From: Zygnema circumcarinatum SAG 698-1b | Taxonomy: Eukaryota > Plantae > Zygnematophyceae | DNA length: 64,000 bases | Direction: 5' to 3' | Assembly (NCBI GenBank): GCA_037447605.1 | Contig: CM074811.1 | Coordinates: forward strand, 1,426,001 to 1,490,000 | Shown: positions 47,110 to 59,750 of the stretch, piece after piece | How the letters are laid out: the number at the start of each line of letters is the position of its first letter | Numbering within the stretch: position 1 is the stretch's first letter | Position numbers and translations under genes: made by a program | Notes under the pieces: generated by a model | Told to the model about the DNA's origin: nothing | Seen by the model: the letters and a program-made list of their open reading frames with translations, nothing else | Databases searched by the model: none

Positions 47110-50100
47110 ATGGCTGCCCGAGAGGACGGCCTCAAACGAGTGGCAGATTTACCAGACTCTGTCCAGCTTCGGATATTGTCGCTGCTCACTGCAGGCTCTC
47201 TGGAAGTGCCCCGCCCTGCAAGTAAGGAGTCTCCTGCACGAGTAAAGGGAAATTCTGGTGGTGATCATGCGGGTTCTGGACCCCAAAACGCCCTGGTGCG
47301 AGGCAAGCTGTTTCACTCAGACTGCAGGCAAGAGGGAGGCATTTGTTTGGAAAGACCAGGAGCTTTGAGAGCTGTGGCAGATCTTGTGAAGACGGGAGTG
47401 GCAATCGTTGATGACTATGTAGGGAAGGCGGCAGTAAGTTTTCTTCACGCCCAGAAGCATGTCTAGTCAAACTTGAAGAATGTCTGAAGCAGCTTACTCT
47501 GTCTGGAAGATGCATTACGTTGAACAGATATCCTTGAGAATACTAGGTAGCCACTGCATTCACTAAGGTGAGACTTGTAAGGCTAGTCAACATAAATTCT
47601 CGCATGTGACCGGAATCATGACCGCCAATTTCGCAAGATAGCGACTTTGGAGATCTCCTTAGCATCAGATTCTCTCAGCAAAGGACTTTGACTCTGATCA
47701 GATAGCTCGATAGTGCTTAATCGTAGTGTTAGGCCGAAGGCAATGGACGAAGTTTTCATTTTCCCCATGGTTGTTAGTTGTATTGCAAGGGAGGTGAAGC
47801 CAAACAATTTCCCTCGCTGAATGTTGCCTGAGCTTGTCAAGAGCGCATTACCAAGCGATAGACTTAATTGAAGCCTGTGCGATACCTGTGCAGCTTTCTG
47901 CTGTTCGAGCTGAAATAGAGAGTTATCCAAGTTTGCACGGGGCAGCAATGGGTGGCTCGTTTGGAGCAGCTGTATGGAACGATGAAAAATCACGCGGTGA
48001 CCGTGTAGCGTGGCTGCATGAGGGCAAGGAATTGGCCAATGGAAGAACTGCTGTGGCGCAAGTTATTGGCGCTCTCCAGAGTCTCAAACCGCTGCTTGCT
48101 GAACACGGGTTTGATGTGGGTGGCAAAACTTCATTTCAACTTGCCTGCTATCCGGTAAGCTTCATTATCCTTTCCGAAACAATGCTCAGTGACCAGTGAC
48201 GTTTGAATCTTTGAGGGCACGGTGTATGTTTGTATTTCAATTCAGTGACGACACTGTCAGCGTTCTTCCTTGAACTCTCAGATTCTTTAGTGGCTGTGTT
48301 TCAGCAGCCACTGAAAATTCATTGAAATATACGGGGATAACCTACCATTGATGTTGGTATTCGGAGTTGTGTCCCATCTTTAGAGATTTGTTTACTTATA
48401 GTGAAAAATAGAGTTGAGTAAGATAAAGCATCCATGCTATGTTTGGGAGAAGTACGAGCTCTGGGCTCGTATGTGATTCGGGTCTCTGTGGATGTGTAGG
48501 CATCCGGCGACGTGCACAATTGGTATTCCATATGAGAGCGTATACAACGAATTTTCAGTTCCCAAGCAGGCCATCTGGTTGAATGATTGCAGGGAAACGG
48601 AGCACGCTATGTTCGCCACATGGACCAGTCTCCGACCTGTCCATTACGAAGAATAACCGCTATTTACTATGCAAATCCGGAGTGGGATGCAGGTTCCATG
48701 GGAGGCCACCTAAGGCTCTATCGTAAAGCGAAAGTTAGCACGATAGCCAGGTGTGCCTCTCCCTGCAACAATGCTGAACAGGGCTCAAGTGTTCCTGTAG
48801 GGTATTCTGCGAAAGAGTCTAAAGAGACAAGGCTTTGTCAGGTAGGTGCACATGTGTCCAATTTACCTCTTGAGGAGGGCAGCATTCGCAACAATGGAAA
48901 AACGCATTGGAAGATGGCAGCAGAGCAGGCACAGGTTAGAGATGGACAGGATGGGCTTGAAGAGGAGTGGCTGGATGTATGCCCATTGGGTGACCGGTTA
49001 GTTGTCTTCCAGAGCAACATGTGGCATGAAGTGCTTCCAACCTACGCACCGCGCTATGCGATTACTGCATGGTTCTCCGCTCTCGCAGTGCAGGCACCAT
49101 CTGCAGAGAAGGTACAGATTTCAGAGGAGGTGCAAGTTTTCGATCTTCTTTCATCAGAGGACCAAAGTCATCCGCAGTCTGAAAATTTGACTGAGTCCAA
49201 CGTTGAGGGCGACATTCCTTCCATCAATGAGCACCTGCTTCTCAGGGGCAAGCTGGAAGACACACTTACTCTGAAAAAACCAACAATCTCGGGGGCAGAA
49301 TTCCAATTGAAACCTTGCACGGTCATTCCCAGTGCTCAAACGCCGTGTGTCAACGTGCCGGAAAGGAAGGCTTTAGGAGGTGTGAGCTTCCTCAGGAGAG
49401 AAGGTGCAGAAGGCGGGGATAAAGGGTCCATGGAAGAGATTTTTGTCTCTGTCGCATGCTTCCGGGACAGTGAGTGTCGGTGGACCATCCACAACATGCT
49501 GAAAATGGCAGAGTTCCCGCACAGAGTGAAAGTGGGAGTTGTGTGGCAAGTGGATCTGCTGGAAGATTCTCAAATCATGCAACTAGACCTCTTGGGAGCA
49601 GAGGCAGGTCAGCAAGTTCGGCATACCATTTTGGATTGGAGAGAGGCAACAGGGCCATGCTTGGCGCGGCATTTGGCGCAGAAGCTGTGGCAAGGAGAGG
49701 ACTTTTTCTTGCAGGTGAATTCTGCTCCAAGGGATCAGCGCTCCTATACCGCCCTGTTGCATTCCTACTCTTTCACAAACTTCCCAAGTCTTGAAGGGGA
49801 CAGAGGCTGCACTCACTCGCGTTCAGACAACTAGCAAGCGAGTACAAAATCTAGCAGTATGCAGAATATGAAAGCGCTTGGTCTCATTCCCTAGGGCATT
49901 GATTTTCCTTGCTCTACGCTGCAATGCTGAAGCTAGTGCCGTTGGATGAAACTGCTTTATTTCTTCCTTCCTCCATATTACTTCCCCTTTCTTTGTAATA
50001 GAGGCATGGTCTTTACCATGTCCACTTTCCAAATTCGCCATAATTAGGCCATAACGTACATCAAACGTAAGCTAATTTGTTTACTGAAATTGTCTGTCCT

Positions 50101-51291
50101 TAATGCTTTTTCGTTCTGTGACTAAGCCAGGAAGGGGTTCTTCATGAACCATGACAAACTCCGCTTTTTAAACTTTACCTTACACCAACAAAATTCAAAG
50201 TTTTCATGTCTTGCTAGTGGTTCTGTTTGAATGCGCTTTGCAGATTGACTCTCACATGCGCTTCTCTCCAAACTGGGATTCTCGACTCATCAAAATGCTT
50301 GACGAGGCTGAAACGATCTCCCCGAAGCCCGTCATCTCCACATATCCTCCTGATTACACAGGTCTCGGGCAGGCTGCACATTTTTCGTCTGAGCCCCAAC
50401 CAGTGCTTTTGTGTGCTTCTGGGTTTGGGCCGGATGGGCTTCTCCGTGTTCGAGGCAGACGTCTGAAGGAGCAACCTTCAAGACCCCCTCCGTCACTATT
50501 CTGGGCTGCAGGTTATTCGTTCTCAAGAGCAGCACTCATCCATGAAGTAAGTTGCAACTGGTAGTGCTTCTCTAGGCTATCCACCTGCTATCAAGTCCTC
50601 GTTGAAACTAGTCTCAATAGGGCCCAGCTTGTTCATTTGGGAAGCTGTAGCGAAGACTCAGACGTCTGCATTTCCCTCCCCTGCTTTCAGAATAATTGCA
50701 GTCTGCTGGTTGACCTATCTCATAGATGGGGCAGTTTTTATGCAACTCAGCCGAGTGCGAGATATGCAGCAAGGACAATCTGGGTGAACTACCTTTGAAT
50801 TGAAATGCCGTTTTGTTTTCCTACTTTTGCAGGTGCCCTATTCCCCCAACCTCCCATTCCTCTTCTTCGGTGAAGAGATGGCTATGGCTGTTCGAATGTA
50901 CACACATGGCTGGGACTTTTTCTGCCCTTCAGAGACTGTTATCGCTCATCTCTGGTCGAGGAACCATAGGCCCACATTCCAGACTGTGAGAGAAGATAAC
51001 TCTTCCGCGTCGGCAAAAGCTGTTTCGCAGCTTCAAGTTAAGGGACTGCTGTGCTCAAGAAAGGACAGTGCTGGGTTGTGCAGTTTTTGCTGTGATGATA
51101 GAGAAATGGGAGAGGGGCCAAGCTGGGACAAAGCTGCTTTGGGGTCCTATGGGCTAGGAGGCAGCAGATCTGTTGAAGAGTTTGCCGAGAATTGTGGCGT
51201 GGACTTCTGCAGGAAGTGTATCACGGAGAGAGCTCTGCTTGGAGGATATGAGGAAGACCTATTCCTCAATGCAGAACTGGAAGCTGTGTAG
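47110..51291 (+). CDS. Fusion protein: EGLN/PHD (PhyA-like) 2OG-Fe(II) prolyl 4-hydroxylase + Gnt1-like hydroxyproline GlcNAc-transferase, about 822 aa
   Basis: Exons 47110-47433, 47894-48154, 48593-49714, 50244-50546, 50833-51291, all phase-0 GT-AG. Hydroxylase: RGDRVAWL, FQLACYP|GNGARYVRHMD, RRITAIYYANPEW, GGHLRL, DRLVVFQS, WHEVLP, RYAITAWF. Glycosyltransferase: IFVSVACFRDSEC, ATGPCLARHLAQ, FLQ|IDSHMRF, VISTYPP, FWAAGYSFS, PFLFFGEE, RMYTHGWD, YGLG. No signal peptide. Confidence 0.88.
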
Positions 51292-52117
51292 CTTTTCACA
51301 CTGCTTCCACTTTGCACGTGTCTTATGGATGCCCAAGTCACTGTTGGATTTGCCTGATGCGGATAGAAACCAGGTGATGCAGAATTTTCCCAAGGTCAAG
51401 TTTATGATCCACACAATAATGCTGTGGAGCTTGAATCAACCACCTTAACTAACATTCATCGTGAAATCAATGCCGCATCCTTTGTGCCCTAATGAACTCG
51501 CAGCATCGTATGACAATGCCCACTGAGCTTCTAGTTGTGCGCTAATTGTAAGATCGTTCCCTAAGTCAAATCCATTTTAGATCAACCCCAAATCGACCCC
51601 TGACCTAAGCCTTTCCATTCCCCATCCATCCCATCCCATCCGTGTTCCTCGTGGTTCCCCATGATTAAGCTTTCAATTTAGAACGTAACATATGATACCA
51701 TCGCCATCTCAACCAGTCCCAATTCACTCCCCTTCTCCTAAACTCCCGAGGGCAGCAGCAGCACTCCATCGCAGTCCTCCATAGGCTTCCCCCCTTCCGC
51801 CCCCCCTTTCGAGCTAGCAAGCGACAAGCCACCCCAACTTTCCACAAGCCGAATTTGATAGCTGGACCTGAACCCACACCGGGGCATATTTTTCAAAACA
51901 AGTACAGCGCCCCCGCTTTTTACGTGTAGAAGTGCTCGTTGCGGAGTACCGAGTCGTCGTTCGGCGAGCGGGAGAGCGGCTCTGGCGCCGCCTTGCGAGA
52001 GGAAGGTGGTAGAGAAAGGGAGGGAGAAAGAGGGGCAGAGAGGTCAGTGTGGGAGGGCTAGCAGGAGGGGGCAGGCAGCCATAGCCTGAGAGCAGCGAGC
52101 CGAGTGAGGGAGGCAAG

Positions 52118-54891
52118 ATGCAGAATCAGGACTTTCAGAACGGCGGCATGGATGTAGATGCAAGTAAGGGCGACGCGTCGGCAGGGAAATCGTCCAGTTC
52201 AGGGTTAGTTGGAAGAGCAGCCAACCCTAGCTGGTCTTGTGGGCATCTCGCTAGCTTGGCTCCTCGTTGGTATGTGTCGTTGAAGCTTGCATGTAGCAGG
52301 AGGCATGAGTGGTCAGTCCTTGGACAGCAGCAATCGAGCAGTCAAGGTCAGTGTGGCTAGCTAACACAGACTTACCTGGCCTCCTCTTCGTTATGGTAGA
52401 GGGAAGATTTTCATTGGCGGCCTTTCATGGGAGACAACCACAGGTGCGTCTGGGCACCCAATAACCGGAGCGGGCAAGAACAGAGCAGAGTAGAAGAAGT
52501 TGTCCCACGGTGGTTGCTGCTTATCCTAGAATTGTGCTCTCTAATTTTAGGTAGAATTTATGCGTGCTTCGTAGAATTGGTTCACGTTCTGCAGCTCTTC
52601 TTTAATGAGGGTGGAATATCTGAGATACACAGGAGTACAGCCTGTGTCTTAGAGCACAGCCGCAGAGATCCTCTACATCAGAGGGATTGGGACTGCAGGA
52701 TGCAGCAGAACTACGTGCAGATCAGTTTGCAGGTTATGTATGGTTGATTATGGTAAATGTATTTTCGTTAGCTTCCTCTTCAGGTTTGTCTGTTACTGCC
52801 GTAAGTTGTGCTCAAGGGAGCCGAATTCGACGAATTCTGAACCTAATTTCGTTCATGTTTTTGAAAGTTATGTCTTCACGGGGACTGTTGGAGAAATTCT
52901 GGAGCTAGACTAAAGTCCCTGGGAGGTCAGGCCCTTATGTTTTGGCGACAGAAACATCGATGTTGTTTTTGCTTGTTACCACACACAGCAGACCTTTTTT
53001 CGGAATCTTACCGTTTCTTTAATTGAGCAGAAAATCTCACTAGTCACTTTGGCAAGTACGGCACCATCACGGATGCGGTTATCATGAAGGACCGAGCTAC
53101 TGGTCATCCTCGTGGATTTGGATTTGTTACCTTTTCTGATCCTGCCGTATGCGACCGGGTTGTCCAAGACAAGCATGTCATTGATGGACGGACTGTAAGT
53201 CGGATGCGGCCTTTACCCTGTTACATGACTCTTTTTTCTGAGTGGATTGAGGCCGAGATTATTTTTGGTTTCACTTCCTAAAAAGCTGTCAAGGAATCGC
53301 CAGAAGTCGTTAGGCTGCTATTTTGTCACTGTTTCAGTTTTTTTACATTTGAATTGCCTATCTGTCCTTGCAGGTGGAGGCAAAGAAATCTGTACCGAGA
53401 GAGAGCATGGCTGTAACAACTCGGGGGCCGCGAACAAAAAAGATATTTGTTGGTGGCATCCCGCCCTCCATTACCGAAGGTATGTTTAAAGTTTACTTTA
53501 CGAGTCTGGAAGCGTTATAGGTGATGAGAAACGTGATTCGGATTTCCTTATTGCAATTTCTTCTGCTGCAGTTCAGTGGCGCTTTCGCTCTTATGTTTCC
53601 TGAACAGAACTTTGCGGGAACGAAAAGTTTATTTGAATGTTTTTTGAGCCTGCATGTTCATTAAAAAATGCCGTATTTATTTTCAGGAATTCATCATCTT
53701 TGTCGTTTCTCAGTGGGAATCTTGAAATTCACAGGACAGAGGTCAATTGTCTAACTTCTGCCACTCTGTTACATGGTCTGTTGGTTTGTATGGGCGTATT
53801 GCTGACATGTCCGTTGGTTTGTGTTGGCCAGAGGAATTCAAACAATATTTCTCCAAGTTCGGAAATGTCATTGAGCAGCAGATTATGCAGGACCATAGCA
53901 CAGGACGGTCCAGAGGCTTTGGCTTTGTCACGTTTGACAGTGAGCAAACAGTGGAGGACATTCTATCTCAGGGGAAAATGCACGAATTGGGAGGGAAGCA
54001 GGTGAGGGTTGTGCGGTTCCGAACTTTTGTATTAGCTGTATAGTTCAGCGATCAGTCTGCTTCAGGGCTACTGCCTTTCTTTTTGTTTTCATACTGTAGA
54101 AGTAACTTATGCGGTAGCAACTTTTTTGACTTGCTAATGTCTGTTAATTTGCACGACATAGTGATCTCGTAGGATTTGACGAGTCATTCTTGAAGTGATT
54201 GCACCATTTAGTGCAGTCAAGCTTGTATAAGTCATGTTATTGTACTTACATGAGGAATCACGTTTTCATGTTTGTTCTTCTACAGGTGGAGATAAAGAAA
54301 GCAGAGCCTAAGAGGACAGAGCCAGGTGTAGAGAGAGGAGGTTACGGTGCTGCCAGGGGCGGTGGATATGGGGGTGGTGGTTATGCTGCAGCAGGCTATG
54401 GAGATGGTTATGGCGTAGCAGGTGGCTACGGTGGGAGTGGAGGTTACCGTTCTGGAGGTGGTTATGGGGGTCGGGGCGGTTATGGTGGTGGTGCAGGTGG
54501 ATATGGGGGTGGGGGTGCTGGTTATGGTGGAGGCGGCTATGGCGGTGGTGGGGGTTATGGTGGCGGGTATGGTAGCAGTGGGGGAGCTAGTGGCTATGGT
54601 GGAGGGAGCTATGGTGGCTCCCTGGGATCCTACGGTGGAGGACTGAGCAGCAGCAGCTATGGTGGCAGCATGATGGGTGGTTATGGCGATGTTGGGGATG
54701 GCTATGGTTCCGGCATGGGTGGATATGGTAGCTATGGTGGAAGCTCCGGTGGCGGCTATGGTGGTGGGTATGGAAGCGGAAGCGGCGCATACGGAGGCAG
54801 CATGGGAGGAGGTGGTGCCTATGGCAGCCGGGGAGGATATGGCAGTGCTGGCGGAAGCAACGGGCGGTACCACCCGTATGGGCGCAATTAA
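52118..54891 (+). CDS. Two-RRM, Gly/Tyr-rich hnRNP A/B / Musashi-like RNA-binding protein
   Basis: KIFIGGLSWETT, MKDRATGHPRGFGFVTF, KKIFVGGIP, GRSRGFGFVTF, VEIKKAEPK, a GGYG-rich tail and a terminal RYHPY (PY-NLS-like). Confidence 0.92.
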
Positions 54892-56049
54892 CTGCTGCTG
54901 CAGCTTTTCTGGCGAGAGAGTAGAGAAGTAGTAGTAGTAGTGTTGGGAGTATGGTTGTAAAGCATTGTGAAGTAGGAGCATGCTCGTTCAATTCACTGTT
55001 TAATGTACCCTTGTAAGGAACCGCTTATGGCCATTTGGTTTAGAAATCCAATCCTCATGACAGGAGCCTTGGCTGTCTGAGACCCCCTTTCTCCCCGGTT
55101 TTGAGACAAGGTCCTGACTCTAAGATTGGCCGTAGCATGGAGGATGCAGGTGGTCCGGAATTAGGGGCAACCTGAATGCTACCCGTTGTTTTGCCCTTTT
55201 GGCATTTGAGCAGAGAATCTGTGCAGCAGTCCAGTACTATATGCCGACAGGTGCAGGAAGAAAATGTCGATTTTGAAATGTAAGCTGCAGGGAGGATGCT
55301 TGCCTGCCTGTCATTTGTGACACAAATTAGGCCCTTGTGGGCGGTTGCCAACTGCCTGCGGTCGTTGGTGAGCAGGTAGGAGCCTCTTTCTCTCACTCTG
55401 TCTGGGAGGATTCAAGAAATTCAACGAATTGTATGTAATTTTTTTGCGCCGCGGGGCGGTAATGCTTGGATGTGCCTTAAGCGATTCAGGGGCGCTAGTG
55501 ATCGCTGCGTCCTCACATCCATTTTTGCCTTGATGTTGGTTTTGTTGGGTGCTTTGCTGGGCCCTATTTTCACGAAGTTTTGAGGCACTTGTACCTTCCC
55601 CTTTTCTTTTTTTGAGTGTGCTCCGAGATAGCGGCTATCCTTCGGTCGCCAGATTTAGGTACAGGGTAGCCGGAGCTTGTTTCATTCTATGAGGTAAAGC
55701 GAAGGATTTGGAGCTTAGTTTAGTTTAGTTAAGAACAGTTTCGCCAAGAGCCCGTAATTAAGAATGCAGAGCGGCTCTGAGATTTGATTGGCTTGTTACG
55801 AAAAAGGAGATAGAAATGTACGATTGAATTTTCTAAATCTGACAGGTAGGCAAAGCTTCCCCCAAACTGTCTACGTATCTCTGCCTCCAGTCCTGAGTTA
55901 CGTACGCGTTACAAGCAAATTTTGTTTCCCTAACAACGTTCTCAAACAATAATCACAACGACCGAAACGTAAAGTCTCTCAGCAAATTGAAATCAGATTG
56001 TAATTGACTCGAAATCACTATCTCCCAATCGAAGCACTTGCTTGCTGAA

Positions 56050-57580
56050 CCAAACTATGCAAACTATAGTCGACAAACCAACTTGCTGCAATCGTGACTT
56101 CATCCTCCTGAGGGGGTGGCCCTCCACCTTGCCCTTGAGCATTCGCAGTTCGCAACTTCTGCCATCCCTGGACGATATTTTGAAACCTTTTGAAGGCAGG
56201 AGGCGGCAATGTCCGCCAAGGCCTGCAAGTCCTCCAGCTTGTAATCGCTGTCCAGGTTGGAGTCAGCAATAGCCTCGCTGAGAGGTGAACGAGATATGGA
56301 GAGATGAAACCTGTCAATTCCAGGCTATGAAAGCAGTTGAGAAGATTGAGGGTGAACATCAAGTCTCAAGGTCTAAGAGTGCCGGAGGACGTTTTATGTG
56401 TTGAGAGGATAGAATATTCTCTCTGGCTACATCATGGCACGTTCCGAAACTCTGAAACATCAACACTTGTGCCAATATCAAGTGTCAGTGAGCAAAGTCG
56501 GCAAGGGTGCTTTAGAGGGTCATCCATACCCAGCTTCAAAATGGCAGCCAAATCTTCCTCATCTCCATCCGTTGTACGCATCACCGCTGTTTGGCCGGTG
56601 ATGAGCTCAAGGATGACAACGTCAAAGCTGCACGATAAAGGGCACATTTCCTCAATATCTGAATGAATTGTGGAGCACTATCTACCTTTCCTTGGAAGTT
56701 GCACTGCCCAAACGTAATGTAAGGTACCCATTTTGTAGTTTGCAACGACTTGATATCCAATCCTTAATCCCACCACAAAGTTCCTCCAATTATTGAAAGC
56801 ATTGCAAAGGCACAGCTGAGCTAACTCTGAGTTCTCCTCGCCGTCGTTATCCTTTACGAGGTCAGCAACTTTTGCCTGCGACAAGATTCATAGCGATGTA
56901 GCGTTATTCCCCTGCGAGGGTTAGTCGTATGGAAAAGATTACAGCAAGAATTCAGCCCATTTCGAGAGATTCAAAGAGTTTGCCAGAGCAGGGGTGGAAT
57001 GCGCTTTTCCACACCTGCAATTTCAATTCCAAGAGACTGTTGTCCGACTTGACATCGCCGTGAATGATTGCGGGCTTCGCCACTGAATCCAGGCGGGCAA
57101 TCAACCGTTGTATCCAATGGCTGGTCAACCGACCAATGAATCCAATGGCTGGCAACCACCGGTTGTTTGCAATGGCTGGCAACCAACCATTGAAACCAAT
57201 GGCTGGCAATCAACCATTGTGTCCAATGGCTGGCAACCACCGGTTGTTTGCAATGGCTGGCAACCAACCATTGCAACCAATGGCTGGCTAGCAACCGTTG
57301 TATGCAATGGCTGGCAACCGACCACTGAATCCAGGCGGGCAACCAACAGTTGTATGCATAAGGGCTGTAATCTTAGCACAACTTCATGAACTACTATCTG
57401 TATGCATATACACTTGTATGATCATGCAGCTACATATGAACTTGACGGACTCGTTTGTAGATTTCTGCCATTGTATGGCGACGGGCAGATGAACGGATGC
57501 CAACCCTAATTCTGAAGCGCTTGGCCCGAGTGCCCTGTGCAGCTGTGTACCAAACCTTGTACGGGTGTGCGCGGAAGTAC
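56050..57580 (-). pseudogene. Degenerate RLK/Pelle-type protein kinase fragments interrupted by the 27-bp array
   Basis: KPAIIHGDVKSDNSLL (decayed HRDVKSxN), LQ|AKVADL (DFG lost), MGTLHYVW...* (decayed GTxGY, followed by a stop), SFDVVILELITGQ. TRAKRFRIRVG at ~57500-57540 resembles W..RLRIAVG. Confidence 0.6.
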
Positions 57581-59750
57581 GTGGCGGGCCTGTACCTGGC
57601 GAGCGCGGTCAGGTTGGGGCTGGCAACCGACCACTGAATCCAATGGCTGGCAGTAAACCGTTGTATCCAATGGCTGGAAACCGTCCACTGAATCCAGGCG
57701 GGCAACCAACAGTTGTATGCAATGGCTGGCGACCGACCACTGCATCCAATGGATGGCAGCCACCGGTTGTTTGCAATGGCTGGCAATCAACCGTTGTATG
57801 CAATGGCTTGCAACCGACCATTGAATCCAATGGCTGGCAATCAACCGTTGTATGCAATGGCTTGCAACTGGCCACTGATTCCAATGGCTGGTGGCCACCG
57901 GTTGATGCAATGGCTGGAAACCAACCATTGATTCCAATGGCTGGCAATCAACCGTTGTATGCAATGGCTGGCAACCGACCACTGAATCCAATGGCTGGCA
58001 GCCACCGGTTGTTTGCAATGGCTTGAAACCAACCATTGAATCCAATGGCTGGCAATCAACCGTTGTATGCAATGGCTGGCAACCGACCACTGAATCTAAT
58101 GGCTGGCAATCAACCGTTGTATGCAATGGCTGGCAACCAACCACTGAATCCAATGGCTGGCAGCCACTGGTTGTTTGCAATGGCTGGAAACCAACCATTG
58201 AATCCTATGGCTGGCAATCAACCGTTGTATGCAATGGCTGGCAACCGACCACTGAATCCAATGGCTGGCAGCCACCGGTTGTTTGCAATGGCTGGAAATC
58301 AACCATTGAACCCAATGGCTGGCAGTCAACCGTTGTATCCAATGGCTGGCAACCGTTCATTGAATCCAATGGCAGGCAATCAACCGTTGTTTGCAATGGC
58401 TGGCAACCAACCGTTGAATCCAATGGCTGGCAATCAACCGTTGTATGCAATGGCTGGCAACCGACCACTGAATCCAATGGCTTGCAGCCACTGGTTGTTT
58501 GCAATGGCTGGCAACCAACCGTTGAATCCAATGGCTGGCAATCAACCGTTGTATGCAATGGCTGGCAACCGACCACTGAATCCAATGGCTGGCAGCCACC
58601 GGTTGTTTGCAATGGCTGGAAACCAACCATTGAATCCAATGGCTGGCAATCAACCGTTGTATGCAGTGGCTGGCAACCGACCACTGAATCGAATGGCTGG
58701 CAGCCACCGGTTGTTTGCAATGGCTGGAAACCAACCATTGAATTAAATGGCTGGCAATCAACCGTTGTATCCAATGGCTGGCATCCGACCACTGAATCCA
58801 GGCGGGCAACCAACAGTTGGATCTAATGGCTGGCAACCGACCACTGCATCCAATGGATGGCAGCCACCGGTTGTTTGCAATGGCTGGCAACCAACCGTTT
58901 TATCCAATGGCTGGCAATCAACCCTTGTATGTAATGGCTGGCAACCGACCATTGAATCCAATGGCTGGCAATCAACCGTTGTATGCAATGGCTGGCAACC
59001 GACCACTGAATCCAATGGCTGGTAGCCACCGGTGGCTGGCTGGCAACCGCCACCGGTTGTATGCAATGGCTGGCAACCACTGAATCCAATGGCTGGCAGC
59101 CACCGGTTGTTTGCAATGGCTGGAAACCAACCGTTGAATCCAATGGCTGGCAATCAACCGTTGTATGCAATGGCTGGCAACCGACCATTGAATCCAATGG
59201 CTGGCAATCAACCGTTGTATGCAATGGCTGGCAACCGACCACTGAATCCAATGGCTGGCAGCCACCGGTTGTTTGCAATGGCTGGAAACCAACCATTGAA
59301 TCCAATGGCTGGCAATCAACCGTTGTATGCAATGGCTGGCAACCGACCACTGAATCCAATGGCTGGCAGCCACCGGTTGTTTGCAATGGCTTGTTTGAAC
59401 CCAATGGCAATGGCTGGCTGGCCAACCGTTGAATCCAATGGCTGGCAATCAACCGTTGTATGCAATGGCTGGCAACCGACCACTGAATCCAATGGCTGGC
59501 AATCAACCGTTGTATGCAATGGCTGGCAACCGAGCACTGAATCCAATGGCTGGTAGCCACCGGTTGTTTGCAATGGCTGGCAACCGACTATTGAATCCAA
59601 TGGCTGGCTGTCAACCGTTGTATGCAATGGCTGGCAACCGACCACTGAATCCAATGGCTGGCAACCACCGGTTGTTTGCAATGGCTGGTGATCAACCATT
59701 GAATCCAATGGCTTGCAATCAACCGTTGTATGCAATGGCTGGCAACCGAC
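57080..59750. repeat. 27-bp tandem repeat array with higher-order (about 81-108 bp) periodicity, interrupted at ~57355-57618
   Basis: Unit variants ccaatggctggcaatcaaccgttgtat, gcaatggctggcaaccgaccactgaat, ccaatggctggcagccaccggttgttt and gcaatggctggaaaccaaccattgaat recur in a largely fixed order. Confidence 0.95.

Noticed and set aside
47110-49080. Reading the hydroxylase as an ordinary secretory plant P4H for extensins/AGPs
   Set aside because: There is no signal anchor, the motifs (RYVRHxD, RRITAIYY, RYAITxW) are EGLN/PHD-type, and it is fused to a Gnt1-like domain.
54280-54991. Thr/Ala/His-rich - strand ORFs
   Set aside because: They are antisense shadows of the hnRNP Gly-rich tail.
57080-59750. 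CRISPR-like appearance, or repeat-protein ORFs, in the 27-bp array
   Set aside because: Units are contiguous with no unique spacers, there are no cas genes, and the context is eukaryotic. The ORFs are a by-product of the 27-bp (multiple of 3) period.
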